Translations under genes and position numbers: made by a program
Notes under the pieces: generated by a model
Database searches by the model: none
What the model saw: only the letters and a program-made list of their open reading frames with translations
Told to the model about the DNA's origin: nothing
Shown here: piece after piece, positions 37,035 to 46,541 of the stretch
Position numbering within the stretch: position 1 is the first letter of the stretch
Layout of the letters: each line of letters opens with the position of its first letter
Origin: a virus
Taxonomy: Duplodnaviria > Caudoviricetes
IMG/VR virus record: IMGVR_UViG_2923649072_000003
Span: 1 to 64,000 of that record
Direction: 5' to 3' (one strand)
DNA: 64,000 bases

Positions 37035-38462
37035 ATGTCCTACCTTTCCATGCCCGGGTTCGTGCGTCGTGGAGGCGTGCGTCGGGTGTTCGCCGGAGCT
37101 TCACTCGGTTGTCTGGCGGTGGCTGGGGCGATCCTGGTCCCCGGTCCGGCGCAGGCTGCTGAGGCTCCGATCCAGGCGGCTGCGTGCCGGGAGCTCGGCT
37201 ATCAGCTCGACGCCGGCCCCAAGCTGAAGGCCGCGGCAGGGTTCCGGACCGAGTGGATCGGCAACCTGTGCGTCGACGGACGCGCGGGGATCTGCGACGA
37301 CTACGGCCTGTCCGCACCGGACGGCCAGTGGATCGACAAGCCTGCGAAGCGCCGGCCCGGGAGCGATCGGGCGACGCAGGTCGAGCAGTACATCGCCAAC
37401 GCGCACCCGACCGCGATGACCGACTCGAAGACGACGTCCGCGGCGTACAAGTCGGCGATCAACCGGGCCGTCAGCAAAGGCTTCCGCTCGGACTGGGAGT
37501 CCACGTACAAGCCCAAGTTCCGCAGCCTCGACCCGCAGGTCATCAAGCTCGCCGACGCGTGGCTCGCCGACGCCGAGAGGAACGCTGGCCCCGTGAAGGT
37601 GACGGGAGGGCTCACGTCCAAGCCGCTGCCGGGCGGGAAGGGCCGGATCAGCATCACGGCAACGGGCAACGGGAAGGCGCTGACGGGTGCCCAGGTTTCA
37701 TGGAAGGTGTCCGGTGGCAAGGTCCTCACGTTCTCTAAGACCACCACGGCGAAGGGGCAGGCCGTACTCGACTTCACGCGCGGGTCGGGCCCGGTGAGTT
37801 TCGCGGCGGTGGTGACGTCTCCGGAGTGGCGCACGTCGATGTGGTCGCGGCCGACGTCGGGGAAGAAGCAGCACCTGATTCGCGGTGGGGTCACGGTGAA
37901 GACGACGATCACCGGGAGGTTCGACTCGTTCCCCGGGATCACGGCGTCGACGAAGTGTGTCCCGGACTGCAAGGGCCGCCCGCCAGTGACGCTCGCCGCG
38001 AAGTCGTCGGGGTCGCCGATGCGCTGGCAGGCTCTCGTCGGGGGCAAGGTCGTGAAGACGCTCGAGGTCAGTGCCGGGAAGACGGCGGCCGGCACGTTCA
38101 CGGGTGTCGACGGCCAGCGGGTGGCCTTCCGCTACCAGGTGCAGGTCGGCGGGAAGTGGTCCGGGTGGCGCACGGTCAGCAGGACGTTCGACGTCGTGTG
38201 CCCGGCCGTGCCGCTGTTCAGCATCACGGGCACGTGTGACTGTGGGGGGCACGGCATGGTCGCCCTCCACATCCAGGCGCCCGGTGGACCCCGCACCTAC
38301 GACGTGACCTACGGCGGCGAGACGAAGCGGATTAGTGGCAGCGCGGCGGTCGACTTCCAGGTGCCGATGGCTCAGCTCGCCGGCGCGCGGGTCACGTACG
38401 ACGCGCTTGACTCGGCGGGGAAGCGGCTCGGCGGGGGAGTGCTGACGCCGTGGACGCGGTGA
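37035..38462 (+). CDS. secreted beta-rich (Ig-like) protein
   Basis: signal peptide ending PAQA; T/G/K-rich beta-strand pattern, paired Cys. Confidence 0.7.
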   Translation: MSYLSMPGFVRRGGVRRVFAGASLGCLAVAGAILVPGPAQAAEAPIQAAACRELGYQLDAGPKLKAAAGFRTEWIGNLCVDGRAGICDDYGLSAPDGQWIDKPAKRRPGSDRATQVEQYIANAHPTAMTDSKTTSAAYKSAINRAVSKGFRSDWESTYKPKFRSLDPQVIKLADAWLADAERNAGPVKVTGGLTSKPLPGGKGRISITATGNGKALTGAQVSWKVSGGKVLTFSKTTTAKGQAVLDFTRGSGPVSFAAVVTSPEWRTSMWSRPTSGKKQHLIRGGVTVKTTITGRFDSFPGITASTKCVPDCKGRPPVTLAAKSSGSPMRWQALVGGKVVKTLEVSAGKTAAGTFTGVDGQRVAFRYQVQVGGKWSGWRTVSRTFDVVCPAVPLFSITGTCDCGGHGMVALHIQAPGGPRTYDVTYGGETKRISGSAAVDFQVPMAQLAGARVTYDALDSAGKRLGGGVLTPWTR

Positions 38463-38474
38463 CCTGAGCATGCG

Positions 38475-38514
38475 AGCGGCCCCCGACCGGATTGGTTGGG
38501 GGCCGCTTTGTTTT
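38475..38514. terminator. intrinsic terminator
   Basis: AGCGGCCCCC/GGGGGCCGCT stem followed by TTGTTTT. Confidence 0.8.
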
Positions 38515-38516
38515 GG

Positions 38517-38771
38517 CTAGTCGCGCTTGAGTCGTTCGGCATGGTCTTTGTAGCGACCAGTTGCTTCGATCCCTGATTCCCGGGCGACGCGTCGGACGTA
38601 TGCGGGTGACCAGCCGGAGAGGTGGACGAGCTCCGTGGGGCCGATGCCTGCTTTGAGTCCTGCGGCGACGAGTTCGCGCATGGCTTCGCCGTCCTTGGCG
38701 CTGGCTTGGTCGTGTCGCGCCTTCGACTTCGCCCTGGCGGCGAGGTCTCGGCGGATGTCGTCCGGGTTCAT
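38517..38771 (-). CDS. small HTH DNA-binding protein
   Basis: GIGPTELVHLSGWSPAYVRRVAR; TACACT 6 nt upstream (leaderless). Confidence 0.65.
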   Translation of the reverse strand: MNPDDIRRDLAARAKSKARHDQASAKDGEAMRELVAAGLKAGIGPTELVHLSGWSPAYVRRVARESGIEATGRYKDHAERLKRD

Positions 38772-38780
38772 GCGTTCAGT

Positions 38781-38853
38781 GTAGCGCTACCGGGTTGCGC
38801 AACGCCAAGGGGTCGGTCTACTCTGGACGCAGAGCGCAACCGAGGGGCGCTAC
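38781..38853. promoter_or_regulatory. operator array GT(A/T)GCGC(A/T)AC
   Basis: palindromes at 38781 and 38794, half-degenerate copies at 38831 and 38844. Confidence 0.55.
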
Positions 38854-38873
38854 TTAGTAGCCAGGGAGCCGAC

Positions 38874-39575
38874 ATGAGCGAGACCACCTACCGAGTCCGT
38901 CTCCACATCGAGGGCGACGACTTCCCGCCGCAGACCATGACCGCCGCCGAGATCGACGAGCTTGAGCCCGGCAGCTACGAGATCGTCGGGACGAATTGAC
39001 CACCGTAAGCCGCTAGGGGAGAGCGAGACTCGCAATGACCAACCTGAACGAGACGCAGCGGGCCGCGATCCTCTCGGCGGCCGAAGAGCTCGAAGGTATT
39101 GATGAATCGGTCCGACGAGGCCAGCGCGCGCACTGGGGAACGTACGGCGAAAGCCGCAGGGACTTGGATTCAGTGGACTCGGACCTGCTCGACCTTGCCG
39201 AGCGCGTGTCGGCTCTCGCGACCGCCATCGCCGATGCGTTCCGTAAACGCTGACCGCCAGAAGCCAAGCATCCGAGGGGAAGTCATGAGCATCGAGATTC
39301 CGGACCAGGCCGTTAAGGCCGCCGACCTGTGGGGCGGGCAGATCCCGTCGAGCAACCTGGAAGAGGCGTTGTACGAGGCGCTGCCTTTCATCGCGGGGGC
39401 GATCTACGCCGACCTGCGAGCCAGACTGGGCGAGCTGGCTTCCGGCATGCACGTCGCCGGGAAGGACCACTCGACGGGCGACGAGCGTAAGCGCTACTAC
39501 GCCAAGGCCGAGGGCATGCGGATGGCGATCTCGGCGATCGACAACGCCGCCGCCGAACTTTCCACCGAAGACTGA
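38874..39575 (+). other. small ORFs 38874-38999, 39035-39253, 39285-39575
   Basis: strong RBSs, GC3 bias. Confidence 0.55.
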
Positions 39576-39596
39576 CCAGCGCACCGAGGGGGAGTC

Positions 39597-40025
39597 ATGA
39601 GCGAGACCAGCACCCAGCCGACCGTCACGCCCGCAGCCCGCATGCTGCTCGACCGTTCACGCGGAAGCCTCACACAGGCCTGCAGTTCACGAGTCACGGC
39701 CGAGCGGTACGTCCAGGCCCACCTCGCGGCACTGCGTGCCGGGGTCGCGGTTCTCGCAGGGGTGAGCAATCCCGGCCAGCGGGGAGTCAGCGTCTGGGAG
39801 AGCTTGTCCAGCTACGTTCCCAGTCTGGCCAAATGGGCGGCCTACTTCGCGTCCACGGGGCAACGCCGCGCCGCTGTCGAAGCTGGCCGCACCGACACCG
39901 TGTCCGCCCGCGAGGCCCACGACCTGCTCCGTGACGCCGAAGCGTTCTACCACCTGGTCGAGTCCATGCTCGGTCTGCCCTACCAGCAGGTGCTTCCGGC
40001 GACACTGCCGGCCATCGAAGACTGA
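39597..40025 (+). CDS. SAV_6107-family HEPN domain protein
   Basis: ERYVQAHLAALRA...SVWE.L...WAAYF...RAAVEAG...REA.DLLRDAE.F. Confidence 0.8.
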   Translation: MSETSTQPTVTPAARMLLDRSRGSLTQACSSRVTAERYVQAHLAALRAGVAVLAGVSNPGQRGVSVWESLSSYVPSLAKWAAYFASTGQRRAAVEAGRTDTVSAREAHDLLRDAEAFYHLVESMLGLPYQQVLPATLPAIED

Positions 40026-40040
40026 TCCTGAGGGGGAGAC

Positions 40041-40512
40041 ATGGCGCAGATGATCGTGAAGGCCGAGCTGTCGCGAGTGGACGAGAACGGCGTCCCGCAC
40101 TACGCGGTCTTCATGTGGCAGAAGTCCGACGGAACGAACGTCGGCTGGTGCTCGAATCAGGCCGGTGACGCGCTGAAAGGCATGTGCCCGGCCGGAGGTG
40201 GCTGGCACATCACGAGCTACTACAACAACTACTGACCACCCCGGAACGCCGACCGCACAGGAGAAACCGATGAGCAGCATCCCGCAGTACGCGTTCTGTG
40301 AGTCCGTGTACGCCGGACCGCAAGCCGTCGAGCACATCCGCGTCGTGGGCCCGGAGGGACTCAAGATCGGGGGTGGCGTGAAGGGCCCGACTCTCTGTGG
40401 GCGCACCTGGCCGAACGGCTGGGATGTTGCCGGAGAAGTAAACGCCGAGAACGTGTTCAACGACCACACGTGCCGCAAGTGCGCCGAGCAGTCCATGTAC
40501 AACCAGGCTTAG
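40041..40512 (+). other. small ORFs 40041-40235 and 40270-40512
   Basis: RBSs; second has H..LCG..C..C motif. Confidence 0.55.
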
Positions 40513-40521
40513 GAGAAACCG

Positions 40522-40791
40522 ATGAGCACGAAGACCCGCCCGTGGGAGCAGATCGACGTCCGGACGATGGGCGAGGCCGCGAAGACCGAAGCGCCGGAAC
40601 CGTTCGCGTTCCTCTGGCGCGGCCGGCTCTACATCGTCCGGGAAGTCATTGGCACCTGGACCGAACCGCACATGGACGGCGCCACGGTCTACAGAGTCAC
40701 CGCTTCCACTGGACGCGGATACGGCGATGCCGTCTACGACATCCGTCTGCACGCCGGGCTGTGGGCCATCCAGCAGGTACGCGACTACTGA
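40522..40791 (+). CDS. DUF6504-like protein
   Basis: P..FLWRGRLYIVREVIG.W...YRV.A...VYD....W.I..V.D. Confidence 0.7.
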   Translation: MSTKTRPWEQIDVRTMGEAAKTEAPEPFAFLWRGRLYIVREVIGTWTEPHMDGATVYRVTASTGRGYGDAVYDIRLHAGLWAIQQVRDY

Positions 40792-40819
40792 CTGCACGAG
40801 AAGCCAGCAGGAGGAAGAC

Positions 40820-42596
40820 ATGTCTCGGTGGAACGACACTCGCATTGACGACCTCAAGACCGACAGCACACTCGTCAGAGCCACAGGCAACGGCCGGATT
40901 GAGTTTCGCCTGTACGACCCGAACGGCTTTGGCGCCTATGCCCCTGCCTCCTTCTCCAAGGAGGAGGCCGAAGAGCTCCGCGACAACCTGGACAAGGCGC
41001 TGGCCCTCGACGTGAAGCAGGAGCAGAAGTGACGGTCGAGATTCTCGGCATCCATTGCCCCGATTGTGGAACGCGTGACCCGCTGAACTGGTCCTGCTCG
41101 CCAGGCATCCCGGACTACTGCCTCGGGTGCGACGATCGGGGACCCGAACTGGTGGATGGCTGCGAGGCGATGTGCACACACGGGACGGTCGACGACCGCC
41201 CGCGCTACATATACGAAGCCGATGAGTTCCGTGCGCTAACGGTCGGCATGAGCGTTCCCGCCCCGGAATCCATGTGGGCACACCCGGACATGAAAGAGCT
41301 GGCCGTTCTGGCTGCCAACTACTACGAGGAGCAGTCGTGACCGAGATCCCGGACGCCGCAGTCGAAGCGGCCTTCCCACACATCAAGGGCTTGGCCGGAA
41401 CTAGGGAGCGCGAGAACGCCCGTGCAAGCCTTGAGGCCGCCTACCCGCACCTGGTGGCCGCCGCCAAGCGTGAGGTGCTGGCCGAGCTGCGGGAGCGACT
41501 GGAGACGGAGCTGTGTGATTACGTCGAGAACACGCGGCTGAACCGTGTGACCAAAGGGATCGAAATTGCGCTCTCGTTCATCGGGGACGCGGAGAGGGAG
41601 CTGGCATGAAGGCGCTAATCCTGGTCGCCCAGGTGGTAGACGACACCGGCAACGAGTGGACCGAGGCGCTGGCAATCGCCGACGAGGGGAAGCAACGACG
41701 TATCCCCGGCCATCTTCGGACGATGCTGGACTTCGCCCGCGACGACTACGAGCAGGTCCACTACGGCTACATCGACATCGAGATCCCCGACGAAGTGATT
41801 GCTTCCGTCCTACGGCAGTACGCGGACGCCGGAATGGTGGACGCGCGGCCGGCAGTCGAGGAGGCGCGGTGAAGGACACGACACCGGAAGTCATCTGGAC
41901 CGAAGAGCAGGAACTCTCCGGTGATGGCACGGCCGCCGAGGCCCTCAAGATGCTCGCTGTCGGCGTCCGCACTGAATGGATCGAGGGCGTCACCCCGACG
42001 GGCGTCTGGTGAGGGCGTGAACGCCGCCGAGCACAAGGCAAAGGGGTACACGTGGTGCCCGTCGTGCGGCGAGCTGGTGCCGGATCATCACCGGTGCAGC
42101 TCGTGAAGGTCTACACCCCCGCCGACCCTGCACCCGCCGTCGCTGCGGGCGCTCTCGCTGTCGTGCACTGGGGCGACTACCGCCGCCAGGAAGTATGGGT
42201 GGCCAGCGGCGCGAACGTGGGAAACTGGTACCCGCTCGGGAACGAGTTCCACCGCACCCCTGCCAAGAACCATCCCGTCTGGGATGACGTCGTCGCCCGC
42301 GGCCCAGTGGTTCTCGTTGCGCCAGGGGATAATGCGGGTTACCAGCAGGGCTGGGTCGACGGGCGCCGCCGATTGGCCGCTCAAGTCGAAGAACTGGCGG
42401 AGGAGGAAAGCTGATGGACTATGCCGACATCAGTCTGAGCTATTTCGAGGTCGACTGCGACGGGAGTGCCTGTGGTTCAGGGAATGTGGGGGAGCACCTG
42501 CATCCGGCCCAGTTCGGCGCCCCACCGATCGCTCGCGTGATCTTCCGGAAGGGTGAGCGCGTCCGATACGAGGGGGCCCGATGGTCCGCGGCGTGA
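40820..42596 (+). other. small mostly coupled ORFs: 40820-41032, 41029-41340, 41337-41609, 41606-41872, 41869-42012, 42017-42106, 42103-42414, 42414-42596
   Basis: GTGA/ATGA/TGATG overlaps. Confidence 0.55.
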
Positions 42597-42607
42597 CCGC
42601 AACACAG

Positions 42608-42644
42608 TGAAGCCCCCACCTCGACCCGCGAGGTGGGGGCTTCA
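42608..42644. terminator. bidirectional terminator
   Basis: perfect 16-bp stem TGAAGCCCCCACCTCG/CGAGGTGGGGGCTTCA. Confidence 0.8.
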
Positions 42645-42656
42645 GTACGTTCTGGG

Positions 42657-43355
42657 CTAGCGGACGGCGAGCGTTCCCTGCTGTTCGCGCATGAGTCGCT
42701 TGTGGAGCTCCGCCAGTCCCTTCCCGGTGACACGGGCCGTGGTCGACAGCTCAGGCTCGCCGGTCTTCGGGTGGTCGAACACGCCGACCTTCGCCGCGAG
42801 CCGACCATTTTCGATCTCCCGCTGGTACGGGTGGCCGGTCCGGTCGACCCACTTGATCTGCCGCAGGTACGCCATCAACCGGTTCCGGCCGGTGATGACA
42901 CCGCCACGGTTCAGAGCCTTCGCTGCGTCGCCTAGAGCCAGGTCGGAGCCGGCTGCGATCATCCGCTGAGCGATCACCGCGAGGGGCTCGAGCGCCGCGA
43001 CTTTCGCGGTGGCCTCGATCGCCTTCGTCTCGGCGACATCGGCTCGGAGCTCAGCGGCCTCCCGGGCTTCTGCTTCGGCGATCACCATGAGGGCGAGGGC
43101 CTTGCGGTCGACCTGCGTCACGTCGACCTCGGCCGGCTGGCGTTGGGTCGGGATCTGGCCGCGACGGAGGCTGGGAAGGACCTCGCCAAAGACCCACTTC
43201 TGAAAGCCCTCGACGGTGGCGCGAGTGTTTAGATCCTTCACTCGGTTGCTCTGCCTCTGACCAAGTACCCGATAGAAGCCGGGTTCGGTGATGTACCAAA
43301 CACGCTGGTCGCCACCGGGGGTGGGAGCTGTCTCCCATCCCTTGTCCTCGTCGGG
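42657..43355 (-). pseudogene. phage antirepressor (BRO-N plus ANT/KilAC), 5'-truncated
   Basis: PDEDKG...TPGGDQ...ITEPGFY...FQKWVFGEVLPSLR; AK.L...GRNRL..YLR...VTGKG; in-frame stop just upstream. Confidence 0.8.
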
Positions 43356-43533
43356 GAACTACAACTCCGAAGACCTCGACGAGATCTACGCCCACTGGCG
43401 CAACCGCTTCGACTGGCCAGGCAAGTTCGCCCAGAGCCTCGGCATCAGCATCAGCGGCTTCCTCGGCTCCAACGGCCTCGACCTCGGCCTGTACACCGAG
43501 GATGAGGATCCAGACTTCGACATGTACGCCTAG
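43354..43533 (+). pseudogene. 3' remnant of a gene lacking its start
   Basis: high GC3 codons begin abruptly at the antirepressor break. Confidence 0.45.
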
Positions 43534-43545
43534 GAGGACCGCAGG

Positions 43546-43968
43546 ATGACCGAAGATCGACACCTACCCTCCGCGCCCACACTGCGGCTCGCGGAAGCTC
43601 TGCCCTCGCCCCTTGCCGAAGACGCACCGAACCCCATGCCAACGGCGACCCGCGCGGTCCCGGCACAAAGGGGCAAGCGGCGGGATAATCCCGTGCGCAT
43701 CATCAAGGTGCCACCGGGCCTTACATGCTTCCGCTGCGACGAGCCGGCCGAGTTCCGCATTCTCGTCGACGGCGAGCCCAGGGCCTCGGTTTGTCAGCAC
43801 CACAAGACGAACGAGTATTTCCGGATGCGCCGTGCGTTGGGGTTCACGGTCTCGAAGCCTGGAACCAGGCAACGTCGACCGCGCCCTACCTCTACCGACT
43901 CCCGGGGAGGTTCGGAGCGGTTGGGCGCTCTCTCGCTCGCTCCGCCGACCTTGAAAGCCGACGGCTAG
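43546..43968 (+). CDS. hypothetical protein
   Basis: RBS AGGAGG; C..C...C.HH. Confidence 0.45.
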   Translation: MTEDRHLPSAPTLRLAEALPSPLAEDAPNPMPTATRAVPAQRGKRRDNPVRIIKVPPGLTCFRCDEPAEFRILVDGEPRASVCQHHKTNEYFRMRRALGFTVSKPGTRQRRPRPTSTDSRGGSERLGALSLAPPTLKADG

Positions 43969-43991
43969 GCAGGGTGCGACCCGTCGTGGAG

Positions 43992-44309
43992 CTAACTGTC
44001 GACCGACGGCGCGAACATATCCGGCGGCCACACGTCCACGACGATGTCGATGAGCTGCACCTCGCCGTGCTCCTCGGACCACTGGCCGACAACGGACCAC
44101 GCGCCGAGTGAGCCGGCGCCGGGGAGGAAACGGTACTCGGGGAGCTCCGAGTACAGGTTCGCCATGTGCCCCCAGGCGAGCGCGACGGCCTTGAGGATGT
44201 CGCCGAGCTCGTACGCCGCGAACTGGTGCCAGTTCGGTTCCTGCGTGGCGGGGAGGGCGCGTTCGAGGGCTTCCCAGAAGGCGGGGGTGGTGACGACCCG
44301 GGACTTCAC
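43992..44309 (-). CDS. hypothetical protein, possible RelE-like toxin
   Basis: VVTTPAFWEAL start; coupled by GTGA to an upstream 70-aa gene. Confidence 0.4.
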   Translation of the reverse strand: MKSRVVTTPAFWEALERALPATQEPNWHQFAAYELGDILKAVALAWGHMANLYSELPEYRFLPGAGSLGAWSVVGQWSEEHGEVQLIDIVVDVWPPDMFAPSVDS

Positions 44310-44518
44310 GACGCGGCGCGGTCCTGACGGCGGTTGCGGAGGGCCTGGGCCTGGTGCTGGAAGATCGACCGGTGGGGTTCGGGCATGCGGTCGATCTCTT
44401 CGACGGACCGCACGGCAGAGTCGGCGAAGTAGGCGGCGCGCTCGTCGGCGGTGAGCTGGTCGAGCTGAGCCGGCGTCAGGAACCGTCCGGTCTGCTGCCA
44501 CGTCTGGATCTGGTCCAT
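44306..44518 (-). CDS. small hypothetical protein (possible antitoxin)
   Basis: RBS GGAGG; coupled pair. Confidence 0.45.
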   Translation of the reverse strand: MDQIQTWQQTGRFLTPAQLDQLTADERAAYFADSAVRSVEEIDRMPEPHRSIFQHQAQALRNRRQDRAAS

Positions 44519-44603
44519 GCTTCCTCCCCTGGTCACCCTGGATACGGTACCTCTGCCCGCGCGCCTAGGTCACCGAATCGGGATCGGTGGGCACACTCCG
44601 TAC

Positions 44604-44843
44604 ATGAAGTGGGGGACCGGCGGGCTCGAAGGAATCCATCGTCATGCTGCTGCGGCGGCGGAGAAGGGCAACTTCGTTCATGTGATCAAGCTGGCGGCCA
44701 AGTTGGGCGTCGCGGATCCGGACGGCTGGGCTGACGAGATCGCCGCAGTGGAGTCGGCCGGCTGGGTGCTCACGCACTGGTCGGTGGTGTTCGAGCCGGA
44801 GTTCAATCGGTACGTGGCGTGGCCCGTGTTCCATCGCCGCTGA
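44604..44843 (+). CDS. hypothetical protein
   Basis: CACACT 6 nt upstream; IAAVESAGW.L..W. Confidence 0.45.
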   Translation: MKWGTGGLEGIHRHAAAAAEKGNFVHVIKLAAKLGVADPDGWADEIAAVESAGWVLTHWSVVFEPEFNRYVAWPVFHRR

Positions 44844-44852
44844 AAGATCCCA

Positions 44853-45056
44853 CTACCCGAGCAGCAGTAGAACGACGATCGCCACGAAGATCAGCGCCGC
44901 GATGATGTAAGGCAGGATCTGGAACACGAACTGGATGGTCGCCAGGATGTACGCCACCCTCGACCATCGGTTCGCGGACGACGCTTGTCGGTAGGCCTCG
45001 TCAAGGTGCGCCTGGATCTCGGCCTGTGATTGCGCGTCATCGGCCGGCTGGGTCAC
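44853..45056 (-). CDS. membrane protein
   Basis: long hydrophobic C-terminus. Confidence 0.55.
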   Translation of the reverse strand: MTQPADDAQSQAEIQAHLDEAYRQASSANRWSRVAYILATIQFVFQILPYIIAALIFVAIVVLLLLG

Positions 45057-45778
45057 ATCCGGACCTTGACCTTCACTGCCTTCGAGTAGCCGACCTTGGA
45101 GATTCCGTCACCGGGGACCCTGACGCGCATCTCGAGAGCACCCGCGTACTTCGAGTAGAACGGTTCGCGGTAGCAACCGGTGCCGTCGGTGTAGGCATAC
45201 ATCAGGCGCTTCCAGGGCCGACCCTTCCAGTGGTACTCGATCGCGACCTGGCGGTAGGCCTGGCGCTTGCTGTGGGCGGTGACGCATCCGCGAATGTTGG
45301 TGGTCTGGTTGGTCTTCAGCGTGGCGTCGCCGACCTTGACGGTGGCGCGGGTGGTTGCCTTGCGGATGGTGAAGGTCAGGAGGGACTCATCGGTGGTGAC
45401 GTCCCCGTAGTTCTCGTCTTTGACGTCGACGATGACGGTCGCCGTGTACCGGCCGGGTAGGTCTTGCTCGCACCACTGGATGCCCGTGGTGCCCTTCGCC
45501 GGGCCGGTGTCGTAGTCGAATCCGCCGCTGTAAAAGTCGGATTGGACGTCGATGGTCCAGTTGTAGTCGGCTGGCATCCGTGACAGGTCGTAGTGGATGG
45601 GGATGTTGATGCACGAGCTGGTCGTGATGACGACTTCGGGCATGTAGACGCGTCCGCCGTACACGTCGCCACTGTCGGCGCGCGCAGGGGTGGCGGTCAA
45701 AGCCCCTGCCGCACAGAGCGTTACGGCCAAACCTAAGCGTTGAGCCGTTCGGATGGGCGTGCGGAATCGACTCAACAT
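45053..45778 (-). CDS. secreted beta-rich protein
   Basis: signal peptide ending PARA; Ig-like C-terminal strands. Confidence 0.65.
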   Translation of the reverse strand: MLSRFRTPIRTAQRLGLAVTLCAAGALTATPARADSGDVYGGRVYMPEVVITTSSCINIPIHYDLSRMPADYNWTIDVQSDFYSGGFDYDTGPAKGTTGIQWCEQDLPGRYTATVIVDVKDENYGDVTTDESLLTFTIRKATTRATVKVGDATLKTNQTTNIRGCVTAHSKRQAYRQVAIEYHWKGRPWKRLMYAYTDGTGCYREPFYSKYAGALEMRVRVPGDGISKVGYSKAVKVKVRM

Positions 45779-45875
45779 CTGGTCCCCCCGGCCGATGTTC
45801 ATGGTGTCAAGGGCTCGCCCCCGACTCCCCACAAGGTGTTAGCGCACCGAGCGGATCGAGGCCAGGGACGAGCTG
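45771..45875 (+). promoter_or_regulatory. sigma28/WhiG-like promoter plus structured leader (copy B)
   Basis: CTCA-N16-GCCGAT; AAGGGCTCGCCC...TCGAGGCCAGGGACGAGCTG. Confidence 0.6.
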
Positions 45876-45905
45876 CCAAGCACCTGCCGTTAACAGGAGC
45901 TCAGC

Positions 45906-46442
45906 ATGAGTGACTTTGTCACCCCTCCCGTGACCACACCGGGAGCGACCCGCACCACGAACACCCGACCCGGCCGCGGCTACGAGGCCCAGCCGCCCAT
46001 CGTCCGGACGGCCAGCCGGAAGCGCACGATCCTCGCGACCCTGGGTGCCGCTGCGGCTCTCGCTGCGGGGACCATGGTGTTCGCTGGTGTCGGGCAGGCT
46101 CAGGCCGCCGTCGACACGATGCCGACCGTGCACGCCGAGCAGGGCCCGGTGCGCACGCCGTCCGGTCGTGTCCGGTGCACGGGGCCGGGGGAGTGGCACG
46201 CGACCGCTTTCGTCCCGACGACCCGCCGCGAGCACGGCAAGCACTGGGCGCAGGTGTCGATCCAGTACCGCCACGGCGGCCGGGCGACGATCGCCGGCAC
46301 CGCGAGCCGTACGAGCCGGGTCGTGCCGGTGACGTTCTGCATCACGCCCAGCAAGGTCCAGGGCGGGCACGGTCCGATCCGGGGTATCGCCACGGATCTC
46401 GTCGACGGCCGCTCCCGGTCCTTCCCGATCAGCTTCCGTTAA
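45906..46442 (+). CDS. secreted protein
   Basis: RKR plus hydrophobic core plus AQA signal; RBS AGGAG. Confidence 0.65.
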   Translation: MSDFVTPPVTTPGATRTTNTRPGRGYEAQPPIVRTASRKRTILATLGAAAALAAGTMVFAGVGQAQAAVDTMPTVHAEQGPVRTPSGRVRCTGPGEWHATAFVPTTRREHGKHWAQVSIQYRHGGRATIAGTASRTSRVVPVTFCITPSKVQGGHGPIRGIATDLVDGRSRSFPISFR

Positions 46443-46492
46443 TTCCAAGTCTCGGCGTCGGGACTTGGGATTCCAGTCTTAAATTCCAAGTC
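46441..46492. promoter_or_regulatory. AATTCCAAGTC repeat cluster (putative operator)
   Basis: exact copies at 46441 and 46482, inverted 1-mismatch copy at 46462. Confidence 0.5.
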
Positions 46493-46541
46493 CTGCGCCG
46501 GGCTTTCCTCCCCCATCAGACTTTCCGAAAGCAGGCGCATC

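Noticed and set aside
21500-38500. Self-contained ICE/AICE call
   Set aside because: no integrase, relaxase, RepSA or bounding direct repeats seen; kept only as the alternative hypothesis
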